From positions 3,968,001 to 4,032,000 of the forward strand of contig OY762721.1 in the NCBI GenBank assembly GCA_963666345.1: a stretch of DNA of 64,000 nt, given 5' to 3'. The notes under the pieces were generated by a model, which was not told the origin of the DNA, ran no database searches, and saw only the letters and a list, made by a program, of their open reading frames with translations. The position numbers and the translations under genes were made by a program. Below are positions 1 through 10,031 of this stretch, piece after piece. Origin of the DNA: Desulfatiglandales bacterium. GTDB lineage: Bacteria > Desulfobacterota > DSM-4660 > Desulfatiglandales > Desulfatiglandaceae. Positions within the stretch are counted from its first letter, which is position 1. The number at the start of each line of letters is the position of its first letter.

Positions 1-2959
1 TGAGAACCGCAACCTCACCTTCTATTACAAGGTACATGTCTTCGCCCTGTTCACCTTCTCTTATAACTGTCTCCTCTTTTGGATAAACGATATCTTCGGT
101 TACGGAAGCCACCGCCGCCAGTTCATTCACAGAGAGTCCCTGGAATATATCGATTCTTTTGAGATAAAGAACCTTGTCCGGAATACTCGTTTGATTTTCC
201 ATAGGTATCCCCCTGTCCAATGGGTCGTTGCCGTGGCCTGCTATCAGGTTTTCGGCCAGAAACCGCACGTGAGTGTTTTTGTTATCCGAGAGATTATTGA
301 TGATTTCCCAGTCAATTTTCCCCGGGCCTTTTTCCTGAATAATAGAGAGGGTTATCAAAAGCGTTACCCAGTCTTCCGTTTTAAGAAGGTGTGAAAAAAT
401 TGCGTCTCCGCCCGGTGCAAAACCGGGGATCTTGAAATATTTCCTGCCTGTTTCAAGACTGCCGGCTGCCGGCTGATCCTCCAGCAGGGGCATCATGATT
501 CTTGAAAGGGATGAGTCAATCAGGTCGTCCAGGGCCTCCAGGCCGTTTGATCTGATGCGCGAGTTGGAGGAGGTAATACCTCGCCATATTATCCTCATCT
601 TTCCTGATTTATCCTTTGCCGCCAGGCACCTGAGCACGTTATCAATGTAAAGGGATTTTCTCTGGCCGATATGCTCAATGAGCATCCTTGTTTTGCTGTC
701 CCCGGGAAGCCTTCGAAGGGCCTCCTGTTCTGCCAGACAGTTGTAGCTTTTTTCCACCTGCATGCGGGCGAAACGGAAGATATCCAGGTCCTTTATATTG
801 AGGGAAAGGAGAATGTCATAGATCCCGTCCCTTACGATTTTTCTGGGAATAATAAGGGATTCCACAAGAATCTGGGGATCCTGGAAAGGTGCGTCCTGGA
901 TCTTTTCTTTTGCAAGGTTCCTGATCGCCCGGGAATTATCTCCCAGCATTTCGATGCCGATTGAAAGGTCATTTTTGTTCGTGATTTCAAAGGAATTGAG
1001 CGCCGCTTTCCGGATCGGCTCAGAGGGGTGTTTGAGGTAACCGAGGGCAAGATCGTTGAGGTTTTCGCTTCCCAGCAGCTTAAGTGATTCGAAAAGGCGA
1101 ATCAGGACCTCTCTGTTTTCCGGACCGGCCTTGAGCAACTCCTCGAGCCTTGGAGTGAATGATGCGTCGCCGGAACCACCTGCCGCAATGATTCCTCCCG
1201 TCCTCTCATCTTCTTTTTGAGATTCAAGCCATGATTCGATCACCTGTCTGAAATCATCAGGTCTGCTGCGGTAAAGAGCTGTGAGTGCGTATGCCCTTAC
1301 TTCAGGAGATGCGCTTTTTTCAAATACCTGCCGGTTGAAGGCAGGGGAATTTTCAGGGGAAACACGATTCGCCGTCTTGATTATGGCGGCCATGATCTCG
1401 GGATTGTTGAAATCGGTAAACTCTTTTAATACCTCAAAGGTTTCTTCTCCCGCCTTATCCGAAATCATGCCTATGAGAGCCGCCCTGGTTTTGACGTCCT
1501 GTTTTTGGAGCAGGGGCAGAATCCGGGAATCCAGATCCTTGAACTTGAGTGATTTGAGGAGCCCCGCATACCACAGGGTGTCTTCTCCCTGCGAATTCCG
1601 AAGTTCCTCAACCAGCTGAAGCCGCGTCTGCCTGTCATTGAAAACAGGCGCGATATCTTCCTTTTCAATCGATTTGAGATCCAGCATATTCTTTGATATC
1701 AGCTCCGAAACAACCCCCGCATATCCCCTCTTGAGTGAAATGGTCGCGATCATCCAGGCCGTTACGAATACAACCGCCACCAGAGAAAGGTACCTGGGAT
1801 GAATGAATCCCTCTGAGACGATTATGAAACCCGAGCCCGCGAGAATCCCGACCCTGACAACCGTACCCCTTAAAAAGGGAAAGATAACCGCCCGGTACGA
1901 TTTTGGAAATACACCCATAAGTATGGCCCTTGCCGGGTTGTTAATGGTGGTCCTCAGTACGTTGGTGGATATCCTGGCGTACATCGCGGAGAAGACATCA
2001 AAACGGAGCAGAAACGCCATAAATGCAATGATATAGTTGAAGGGGTGAAACATGAGGGCCAGGGGTAGTCCGAATCTGCCGTATATCCTTCCCACGAAAA
2101 GTAGAATGATCAGGCTTATGATATTCAGCACCCCCCTGAAATAGCCGAAAAAGATTATCATGCCTCCTTCGCTGGCAAAGGTCTGGTCAATGGCAAAGTT
2201 GAACTGATAGTTCATTATCGGTATCACCACGTTCGGCATCAGGGTGATGACTATAAGTATCTTGATTAATTTGGACTCCCTGATAAGGGGAACGACTTTC
2301 TTCAGTTCCTCAAGGGATGAAAACCGGGTTTTCTTATCCGCCCTCTTTGTGGAAATGAGCAGCGTCGGAAAAAGGACCCCCATCCTCCTGACGGCAAGGG
2401 CGCCCAGTACGCTTATTACCAGATAGACAATCATGAGATTGTCCATGCTGATCAATCCTGCCAGAAACGGCGTGGCAAAGCTGCCCACAACCCCTCCCAG
2501 GACCCCTCCCGCCGTTATCAGTGGGAACAGCCTTTTTGATTGCCTTGTATTGAAGAGGTCGTTTGCGAGATTCCAGAATAGAAGGGCCAGCAGGACCTCG
2601 TACTGCGCCTTTAATATGAACAGAAGGGGGTAGAGCAGATCTATGCCCAAGGGGATGACAAATCGCAGGAATGCGATTGAGCCCCCGAAAACAAAGAGCA
2701 TATGCATCATGAGCCTGGTGCCGGAAACCCTGGCCATGATTCCGGTCATAAAACCCATTATAATAAAGGTGGTAATCGAATTTACCATATAGACTATGGG
2801 CAGGTATTCAACCCCGTATCTTTTAAGGAAGGCGGTTTCGGCGAAATTATTGAAAAGTATGTTTGCGTTTCGAATCAGAAAAAGAAGCAGTGTCGCCCAC
2901 AAGAAAAGGGAGATTTCATCCTCATAAACCTTGAACCATCTGCCCAAAGCTTTTGTCAT
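1..2959 (-). CDS. Npt/TLC-like (MFS) nucleotide transporter + HEAT-like helical region + cNMP-binding domain fusion; 3' end runs off the window
   Basis: Own translation from ATG 2959: MTKALGRWFKVYEDEISLFLWATLLLFLIRNANILFNNFAETAFLKRYGVEYLP...FWNLANDLFNTRQSKRLFPLITAGGVLGG (TLC-type motif). In the same frame at 202: MENQTSIPDKVLYLKRIDIFQGLSVNELAAVA...VIREGEQGEDMYLVIEGEV (cNMP). Its absence from the ORF track fits a frame with no stop before the window edge. Confidence 0.8.
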   Translation of the reverse strand, partial: MTKALGRWFKVYEDEISLFLWATLLLFLIRNANILFNNFAETAFLKRYGVEYLPIVYMVNSITTFIIMGFMTGIMARVSGTRLMMHMLFVFGGSIAFLRFVIPLGIDLLYPLLFILKAQYEVLLALLFWNLANDLFNTRQSKRLFPLITAGGVLGGVVGSFATPFLAGLISMDNLMIVYLVISVLGALAVRRMGVLFPTLLISTKRADKKTRFSSLEELKKVVPLIRESKLIKILIVITLMPNVVIPIMNYQFNFAIDQTFASEGGMIIFFGYFRGVLNIISLIILLFVGRIYGRFGLPLALMFHPFNYIIAFMAFLLRFDVFSAMYARISTNVLRTTINNPARAILMGVFPKSYRAVIFPFLRGTVVRVGILAGSGFIIVSEGFIHPRYLSLVAVVFVTAWMIATISLKRGYAGVVSELISKNMLDLKSIEKEDIAPVFNDRQTRLQLVEELRNSQGEDTLWYAGLLKSLKFKDLDSRILPLLQKQDVKTRAALIGMISDKAGEETFEVLKEFTDFNNPEIMAAIIKTANRVSPENSPAFNRQVFEKSASPEVRAYALTALYRSRPDDFRQVIESWLESQKEDERTGGIIAAGGSGDASFTPRLEELLKAGPENREVLIRLFESLKLLGSENLNDLALGYLKHPSEPIRKAALNSFEITNKNDLSIGIEMLGDNSRAIRNLAKEKIQDAPFQDPQILVESLIIPRKIVRDGIYDILLSLNIKDLDIFRFARMQVEKSYNCLAEQEALRRLPGDSKTRMLIEHIGQRKSLYIDNVLRCLAAKDKSGKMRIIWRGITSSNSRIRSNGLEALDDLIDSSLSRIMMPLLEDQPAAGSLETGRKYFKIPGFAPGGDAIFSHLLKTEDWVTLLITLSIIQEKGPGKIDWEIINNLSDNKNTHVRFLAENLIAGHGNDPLDRGIPMENQTSIPDKVLYLKRIDIFQGLSVNELAAVASVTEDIVYPKEETVIREGEQGEDMYLVIEGEVAVL

Positions 2960-3110
2960 AAGAGCTCCCTGAAATTAAATCCAAATGGACGGTTTTTGCC
3001 TGAAATTCTCCGGATCGCACTGTGAAATCCTTCAGTGTCAATTTCCAGGGGCGACGGCAAAGCCCCTCAATGCATTCGTTATATCATGGAAAACCCATGT
3101 CCGATCCTTA

Positions 3111-4574
3111 TTAAAGCACTTTGTAGAGTTCTATTTCCTCGCTTTTCCCTTTTATCGAAGTCTTGCCCAGACCGACCAGGTTTAATCCTCCTGCCTTTAA
3201 AAGCTCTTTCGTGGCGGAGCTTATGAGTATGTCCGTGCCGTACCTCTTGTTCAGGTCCTGTATCCTGGATGCGAGATTCACCGGGTCTCCCACCATGGCG
3301 TAAACGAGGCGTTCGGGACTTCCCACACTGCCTGCAAGAACAACGCCCGTGTGTATCCCTATGCCGTGCCTTATAGGCTCTTCTCCCAGACTGCGCCTTT
3401 TGTCGTTGAGCGACTCCAGTCGTTCGCGCATTTCAAGCGCCGCCTGGACCGCCTTGTCCGCGTGATCGGGTTCTTCAATGGGGGCCCCGAAAACCGCCTC
3501 TATTTCGTCTCCGATGTACTGGAGCACGATGCCGTTGTGTCCCCTTATGGTATGTTCCATTTCCGAAAAATAGTCATTGAGGAACTTTACCACCTCCTTT
3601 GGATCTCTTTTCTCTACAAAAGGTGTGTATCCTCTGAGGTCGCAGAAGAGGATGGTCGCCTCATTCAATTCCCCTTCGGTGGATATCTCACCCCTGAGTA
3701 TCTTGGTGCTTATCTCAGGAGTCACGTATTTACCGAATGTCAGTTCACAGTACTCCTTGTCTTTGAGCCCTTCTATCATGTCGTTTGTCTTTGAGGCTAT
3801 GATGCTGAATTCATCGCTGCTCACGACCGGGATCTGCATGTCGTAATTGCCCATGCTCACCTTTTCAAGGGCGTTCATGTGGACCTGAAGGACACGCTTC
3901 AGATTGGATGAGTAACGGCCGAGTATTACCGAAGTGACCGACAAAAGGACGACAAGGGTAAAAATGACCTCCTTGAATATTCCGGAATAGATGGCGGTGT
4001 TAAGGGCGTGTTTGTTTTTGAGAAGATAGTTTATGTCGTTTATTATCAGAAGTATTATTACAGCGCCCATTACCGTGAGCATGGTGAAAAGAAGAAAGAG
4101 CATCTTCCTGCTTACCGATAAGGAATTCTTAGGCATGATAATCTTGTCAAAGCTGATTGATTCAAGTTTGACTATGATTTCCTTTTCCGCGGAAAGAAGG
4201 CTCAACATACCTCCGAAAAGCCCGAAGGACAGGCATGCCACAATTATACTGACTCCGGTTGTAACGGGGGCCCCGTAAAATATGATATAAAGGGCGCTCA
4301 GTAATATGCCGATCGAAAACCACGCAGATAAGTCGAGGATAAATTCCTTCCACGGAAGGCGGTAAATCGAGCTGTCCGTGTGGCTCTCTTCACGCAGGAG
4401 TCTCAATGCCTTTATGTGAAGGCGGAATCTAAAGGGAACAACGAGAAACAGTACTATCATTAAATTTATGGAGACCTTTATATACCCGAGGCCGTGTATA
4501 AAGGGTCAGACCTGCGCTCCATAAACAATGAGCATGAGGGAAAAGAAAACATAGGTCAAAACAAGGGAAATCAT
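3111..4574 (-). CDS. Membrane class III adenylate/guanylate cyclase (TM-HAMP-cyclase), probable selenoprotein (UGA at 4506-4508, residue 23)
   Basis: Motifs ILFCDLRGYT, QYIGDEIEAVFG, GIGIHTG, GDPVNLASRIQ. Track ORFs 4506..4742 and 3111..4460 are in frame across one TGA; AGGAG RBS precedes ATG 4574. Confidence 0.85.
4473..4508 (-). promoter_or_regulatory. SECIS-like hairpin directly 3' of in-frame UGA
   Basis: mRNA UGACCCUUUAUACAC-GGCCUCGG-GUAUAUAAAGGUC pairs into a long stem with a G-starting loop. Confidence 0.6.
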
Positions 4575-4641
4575 AGCCGGCTTCTCCTTTTCTGCAGAGG
4601 CGTCCAACGCCACCCCGCCCTGACATGAAACAACCCGATTG

Positions 4642-5424
4642 TTATTTTCCGGTGAACACCGGTTTTCGTTTTTCCAGAAACGCTGCGGCGCCTTCTCTCT
4701 GATCATCGGTACCGGTGAGTGAGCACCAGAGGTCTGATTCAAGTCTCAGACCTTGCTCGACCGGCATGCTGAATCCTCTATGCACCGCCTCTTTTGCCGC
4801 CCTTAAGGCAAGTACAGGCTTTTGAGCCAGTATCCCGGCGGTTTTCATCGCTTCGTCCATTAGATCTTCCATGGGCACGACCTTGTTCACAAGACCGATC
4901 GCCTTTGCCTCTTGCGCGTCAAGAAACCGGCCCGTATAGATCATCTCCTTTGCGATACCCTCCCCGACAAGCCTTGAAAGCCTCTGAGTGCCCCCTGAAC
5001 CGGGGATGATCCCCAGATTTATCTCGGGCTGACCAAGTTTGGCGTGAGAGGCCGCGATCCTGATATCACAGCACATCGCCAATTCAAGTCCCCCTCCCAG
5101 ACAGAATCCGTTTATCGCGCAGATTACGGGCCTTTCGAAATTTTCTATCCTGAGCTGCCTCAATCTCCAGCTCTTGAGCCTGAGCCTTGCGCTTTCACGG
5201 GTGATATCGGTGAAGACCCTGATGTCGGCCCCCGCGATAAATGCCTTTTCTCCCGCACCGGTAAGGATAACCACCTTTATTTCATCCTTTTTCTCGTCAA
5301 GTTCGTCAAATACCCGGGCTATGTCGTCTCTTACATCTTCGGCAAGGGTATTCATGGGGGGGTTGTTAATCTCTACGACCGCTATCGAGCCCTCTGTTCG
5401 GTATGTTACCTTTCCGTCGACCAT
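4642..5424 (-). CDS. Enoyl-CoA hydratase/isomerase (crotonase) family
   Basis: AFIAGADI, CAINGFCLGGGLELAMCCDIR, GQPEINLGIIPG. Confidence 0.93.
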   Translation of the reverse strand: MVDGKVTYRTEGSIAVVEINNPPMNTLAEDVRDDIARVFDELDEKKDEIKVVILTGAGEKAFIAGADIRVFTDITRESARLRLKSWRLRQLRIENFERPVICAINGFCLGGGLELAMCCDIRIAASHAKLGQPEINLGIIPGSGGTQRLSRLVGEGIAKEMIYTGRFLDAQEAKAIGLVNKVVPMEDLMDEAMKTAGILAQKPVLALRAAKEAVHRGFSMPVEQGLRLESDLWCSLTGTDDQREGAAAFLEKRKPVFTGK

Positions 5425-5552
5425 TGTTTCCGCTCCCTGATTATTTTATGTGGCTTAATCGAACATCCATTAATAGTTGGGGCAAACCGGATCAAGTCGC
5501 CCGCAGGCAGACTCTAGCACGGCGAATAAGAATCCTCGAACAGACCGGTATC

Positions 5553-6680
5553 CTACTCGCATAGTTTTTTTTCAATCATATCGATAAGGTCCTTTCGACC
5601 TATATGCTTAAGCGGTTGGATCAGCTCCCTGTAAAAGGGCTCCCTGTGCCTGATCGTTATCTTAAATGCCTCGAAATGTTCGGGAGTGACGTCATTTTCG
5701 GCAAATGCGCCGCATCTATCAAGTGCGCCTATGGCCAGAAGACCTGTCATGGTGCGGACGCATTTTTCGCATTTTCCGCAGTTGAGCCTGTCCGGGACAT
5801 TTGCCAGACAGACCCTCAGATTCTGAAGCGCCTCGTCCCATCCGGCGACGATTCTGAGCTTCTCAAGCCTTGAAAGGGACAGGTCTCTGTGTATGATCCT
5901 AAGTTCATAACTGGAGTATTCCGGGTCGATAAGGGGATGAGAGCCGCAGGGAGAAAGATTGGGGATATCATAGGAGGAGGCGACGTAGACCCTTTCAAGT
6001 ATCGAATCAAAGCAATGGGCAACGGAGGCCAGGACCGCGCCGAAAAAATCATTCTGCCAGAACTCCCTTTCATCGCAAAGGTGCCTTATGTTGGTGTAGA
6101 CCGGTATCAGTCTCGTGCCGGCGTTTTCGGAAATCTTCTTGAGGGCCTTTTTGGCCCTTTCAAAGACGTGGTATTTGGTCCCCCTTTTTTTTACACCCCC
6201 GATATCAAAACCATGAACAAAGAGACAGTCCCTTGTCACTCCGGGATGCCGGTCGGGATAATTTAGTTTGTTCGTCCTTAATGATGCAAGGGAGTCGATT
6301 CCCCCTGAAAGAAATATTCCGGCATGCCTTTTGGCCGTTGCTTCCCTGCTAGGCTTTTCGCGGATTTTGCATTCTATGTTAATAGGACCGTACGCGCTGC
6401 CGTTCCAGTGCCTGATTACCGCCACAACGGTTTCAAGCCCCTCTTTCAGGGCCGGACAGATTCGGCCTTCAATCGAAATTCTTTTCTCTCCCAGCCTGAG
6501 TGCGGGAAGGATACACCCTATAAGAAAACTGTGTGGGTTCAGGGATATATCTTTTTCAAACTCTTTTTCAGTCTCTATAAACACTTCCTGACCGGCTTGT
6601 TCACAGTCTTCCCATTCAACCCTGGCCGATGCCCTGATTCCGGTTTCATTTTTTGTTAGACTCAGGTCCGATATCCGCAA
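5553..6680 (-). CDS. PP-loop (adenine nucleotide alpha-hydrolase, QueC-like) protein with Cys cluster
   Basis: SGGIDS PP-loop; LRVC...NCGKCEKC; AAGGAG RBS before TTG start. Confidence 0.65.
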   Translation of the reverse strand: MRISDLSLTKNETGIRASARVEWEDCEQAGQEVFIETEKEFEKDISLNPHSFLIGCILPALRLGEKRISIEGRICPALKEGLETVVAVIRHWNGSAYGPINIECKIREKPSREATAKRHAGIFLSGGIDSLASLRTNKLNYPDRHPGVTRDCLFVHGFDIGGVKKRGTKYHVFERAKKALKKISENAGTRLIPVYTNIRHLCDEREFWQNDFFGAVLASVAHCFDSILERVYVASSYDIPNLSPCGSHPLIDPEYSSYELRIIHRDLSLSRLEKLRIVAGWDEALQNLRVCLANVPDRLNCGKCEKCVRTMTGLLAIGALDRCGAFAENDVTPEHFEAFKITIRHREPFYRELIQPLKHIGRKDLIDMIEKKLCE

Positions 6681-6769
6681 CGGTATCTCCTTTTACTAAT
6701 AACGAGGTCCCTGTCAGCAGGCTGAAGGGCGGTTAGGTGAAGGCCGATAAAAAACCGGGGCCTATCGAT

Positions 6770-7681
6770 TCAAGCGGTCTTTGCAGTGCCTCTTTTATTT
6801 AAATAACACAGGTGTACATGATCTATTATCATGCCTGCGATGTCCATGCCTGTGGCGGCTTCAAGGCCTTTAAAGCCGGGAGAATAATTTACCTCCACCA
6901 CACGGCTTTTACCGTTTCCATCGACGATCATATCGATTCCGGCTATGTCGAGTCCGATCACCGAGGCGGCCTTGACGGCAATTCGAGAGAGTTGCGGGCC
7001 GATTTCAATCCCTTTGCTCATGCCTGAAAGGTGGTAATTGGCACGGAAATCGCCCTGTTTCGGTTTTAACTCCATCGATGCAACCGCTTTATCTCCCAGG
7101 ACAAAGACCCTTATGTCCTTTCTGCCTTGGGGCGGAATAAATTTTTGCAGAAGGATGCCTTTGTTGATATCGAGATGATTTGTGGCTATATCACGGCAGT
7201 CCTTCCTTGATCGGACAAGCATTATTCCCTGCCCCTGTCTGCCGCTCACCTGTTTTGCCACAAAGGGGTAGCCGCCGATATGATCGGCCGCTTTCATGAG
7301 CACGTCTTCCGAGTTCGCCAGCATCGTGTCCGGGACCGGAATCCCGGCACCGGCAAGACTTTGAAGCGTGAGATATTGATTTCTGGAAACAAGAACCGCT
7401 TCAAAGTCGTTGGCCGATGGGATTCCCATTAGAATCAGATGACGAAGCAGGGCCAGGCATGAATCCCTTACCTGTGCGCCCTGGCGGGGCACTATGATAT
7501 CAGGCCTGCCTTTTTCAAGGTCACCGAAAAGGGTGTGATCGCCCTTAATAAGCCCCGACCAGGCCGTGTACGGATTTATCAGTATGGCGCCGTGTCCTCG
7601 CTCGCGCGCGGCTGCCGACAACCGCATATTCGGGTGGTAGCCGGCGTTTCTTGCTGAAATTATTCCGATAGATATTCCCAT
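6770..7681 (-). CDS. RimK-family ATP-grasp alpha-L-glutamate ligase
   Basis: GRQGQGIML, LLQKFI, KDIRVFV, DFRANYH, GIDMI, EVNYSPGFKGLE. Confidence 0.9.
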   Translation of the reverse strand: MGISIGIISARNAGYHPNMRLSAAARERGHGAILINPYTAWSGLIKGDHTLFGDLEKGRPDIIVPRQGAQVRDSCLALLRHLILMGIPSANDFEAVLVSRNQYLTLQSLAGAGIPVPDTMLANSEDVLMKAADHIGGYPFVAKQVSGRQGQGIMLVRSRKDCRDIATNHLDINKGILLQKFIPPQGRKDIRVFVLGDKAVASMELKPKQGDFRANYHLSGMSKGIEIGPQLSRIAVKAASVIGLDIAGIDMIVDGNGKSRVVEVNYSPGFKGLEAATGMDIAGMIIDHVHLCYLNKRGTAKTA

Positions 7682-7760
7682 GAGGTTCCTGGCTTGGTTA
7701 TATCAGGAAATGTGCCGGGTGCCAAAGAAATTTCTTGGTCCGTAAAAGGTGATCCCGTTA

Positions 7761-9743
7761 TCAATCATTGAGCATCCAGCGCGGTATCCATACCCCGACA
7801 TCCTTGCCGAGTCGCTCGCTGTAATAGACGGCCACGTTCTTTGTCCCGGTCCGTCGCGCAATCTCCTGCGCCACGAGATTGTCCGAGCTGATGGTGGAAT
7901 AAAGCCTTTTTTCGCCCACCCTTTCGGTAAGGCCTTTTACCAGAACGCTTCCGATTCCAAGGCCCCTGTATTGCGGTCTTGCGGAGTTATAGCCCCGTTC
8001 GACAAAATCGCCCAGGTCGATCCCGGTCTTGCCTTTCATATATTCGATAAATTCCCGCCTCGGGTTCTTGAGGCTGACAGTGCCTGCTATGGCTCCCTTT
8101 TCCATGGCAAAACCTATGAGATATGCCCTTTCAAGATTATGTCTTATCCACTTTGCGCCTACCGCGCCTCCCGCCTCAACCAGAAGGCATATCTGTTCAA
8201 ACGATTGAGGTGATAAATCTTCCGGTTTTTTATAGTGGTAAGTAATGCCTTCGCCTATGGTATCGATTGAAGTGCCTGATTCATCGATCCTCCAGCGCAT
8301 GACCTTCTTTGTGCCGCTCCTGTTTATATGAACGAGCAGGTGAAAGATGTCCATGCATCCCCTCCAGAACGGATAACCGGGCAGAGGCGTTACCTTGCCG
8401 TATGGAGGCTCTTCTGATTCGATATGATGTAATGTCCGGCCGGACTTTGTATCGGAGGAATCCACCGTTGCCCAGGAGTGACAGTAATGAGGATTATTTG
8501 AGGCGTAATTCAAAAGACCCTGCAGCAGTTCCGGGTTCGCCTTTTCATATGTTACCAAGTGATTCCAGATTCCGCATTTTGAGGCGGACCACAGAGTCTT
8601 TGTCAGGGATCCCGGGCCGCTCGCAGGCATGTCCATGGGCGCGTGCCACTTGATGAGTCTTACCCCGGAGCTGAAAAGGGCGGAAAGGACGTCTTTGCCG
8701 GGCTTATATTCAAGCGGGGATTCGACGGCAATGCAGAAAGGTTGACACTGGCCCGAAAGTCCGGTTGCGCATGAGGGCCGTATGGCCTTATGGATGTTCA
8801 GGATATCTTTTATATCGCTGATTTTTTTATCAGCACCCGGTTCGGAAATCAGACTATCGAGGAATTTTCCGCGTGAACCGCCCATGCCGGCCTCGATAAC
8901 CTTTTCAGGACAGAGATAGCCCCCCGCCGGCAGCCCCCTTGTCTTCTTGTAATAATTGACGGGTCGTTTTTTGAAACCAAGTTTTTCCAGCAGGACTGAC
9001 AGCGCCCTCTCATCATTTGGCGGGACAAGGCTTCCTGAAAACCCCACTGCCTTTTCCAGGAGCGCCGGATCACCCATAAGGGCGATGTGACATGCAAATC
9101 CCCTTTTGCGGCATATGCCGGACAGGGTAAGGGAAGCGGGGATCTGGCTTTGGGCGGATATATCGAGGATCAAAAGGTCTGATTTGCCGATGCCGGATAA
9201 ATCCATGCCTTTTTCAAAAAAATCGATAAACGGGTTTTTCTCCGGATTTTGGACAAGATCGGCAAGTCCTTTCGGTTCAAAGATGTCGGGGCTTGAAAAT
9301 CCGTTCCAATGGATGCGGGAAGGATAAAAGGCAAGGGAAAGATCATCACAAAGTGATTCTATCTCTGAGGCCTTTGTAATATACGAAGAAGGTTCGTAAA
9401 AATCCTGACTTTTGAAGAAATCAAGGTCTCTTCCTGCCTGAACAATCCTTTGCTTAAACTTTTCCCCGGATTCTAATACCTCAAATACCCTTGTCCTTGT
9501 TTTATCATCCCTTTTTTCAAATACACCTGATTTATCTTTTTCTTTTATCAGCCCTGTTATCCGTTCGAACCTTTTGGAATCAAAGAGATGGTTTTTGAAA
9601 AAATCGATACCCGCGTCGTATCTTTCCGTTGTGAGGCCCTCTTGATCGAATATCCGGAGCGATTCACCAATCGGAGGGGGTGCGGACGGATTTATCAGGG
9701 GAGGATATATTATCAGGATTCTGAAAAGGTTTTTTTTATTCAT
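7761..9743 (-). CDS. Degenerate B12-binding radical-SAM-like scaffold fused to C-terminal GNAT
   Basis: N-terminal IIYPPLINPSAP, GLPAGGYLCPEKV and GIWNHL resemble B12 radical SAM proteins, but there is no CxxxCxxC; GNAT motif A ARPQYRGLGIGSVL. Confidence 0.6.
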   Translation of the reverse strand: MNKKNLFRILIIYPPLINPSAPPPIGESLRIFDQEGLTTERYDAGIDFFKNHLFDSKRFERITGLIKEKDKSGVFEKRDDKTRTRVFEVLESGEKFKQRIVQAGRDLDFFKSQDFYEPSSYITKASEIESLCDDLSLAFYPSRIHWNGFSSPDIFEPKGLADLVQNPEKNPFIDFFEKGMDLSGIGKSDLLILDISAQSQIPASLTLSGICRKRGFACHIALMGDPALLEKAVGFSGSLVPPNDERALSVLLEKLGFKKRPVNYYKKTRGLPAGGYLCPEKVIEAGMGGSRGKFLDSLISEPGADKKISDIKDILNIHKAIRPSCATGLSGQCQPFCIAVESPLEYKPGKDVLSALFSSGVRLIKWHAPMDMPASGPGSLTKTLWSASKCGIWNHLVTYEKANPELLQGLLNYASNNPHYCHSWATVDSSDTKSGRTLHHIESEEPPYGKVTPLPGYPFWRGCMDIFHLLVHINRSGTKKVMRWRIDESGTSIDTIGEGITYHYKKPEDLSPQSFEQICLLVEAGGAVGAKWIRHNLERAYLIGFAMEKGAIAGTVSLKNPRREFIEYMKGKTGIDLGDFVERGYNSARPQYRGLGIGSVLVKGLTERVGEKRLYSTISSDNLVAQEIARRTGTKNVAVYYSERLGKDVGVWIPRWMLND

Positions 9744-10031
9744 AGGAATGAGTGTCCTGATAAAGTTGAATTTATTTATCCGATTTCCGTAATATACGAT
9801 TATACTATATCAGCGCCATTGTTCAAGCTTAACGGCCTTGTAAAAGGAATTCTTATTTCTTCTTTGTTCCGTTAGCGGTATCATTCGGCCGGTGCGTGCT
9901 TTGCCGGTACTTTGGCCAAAATACTTGAATTTTCAGGAGGTATATGCGACTTACAGTAAGTTGCTTGCCCGGTTTGTAAGGATTTCACCCCTTTTCCCAT
10001 AAAGCATGTCTCTAAACGGAGACCGCAAAAC

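Noticed and set aside
191..3025. Many short plus-strand ORFs here, and similar antisense ORFs across the window
   Set aside because: Shadow frames opposite well-supported genes, with no motifs.
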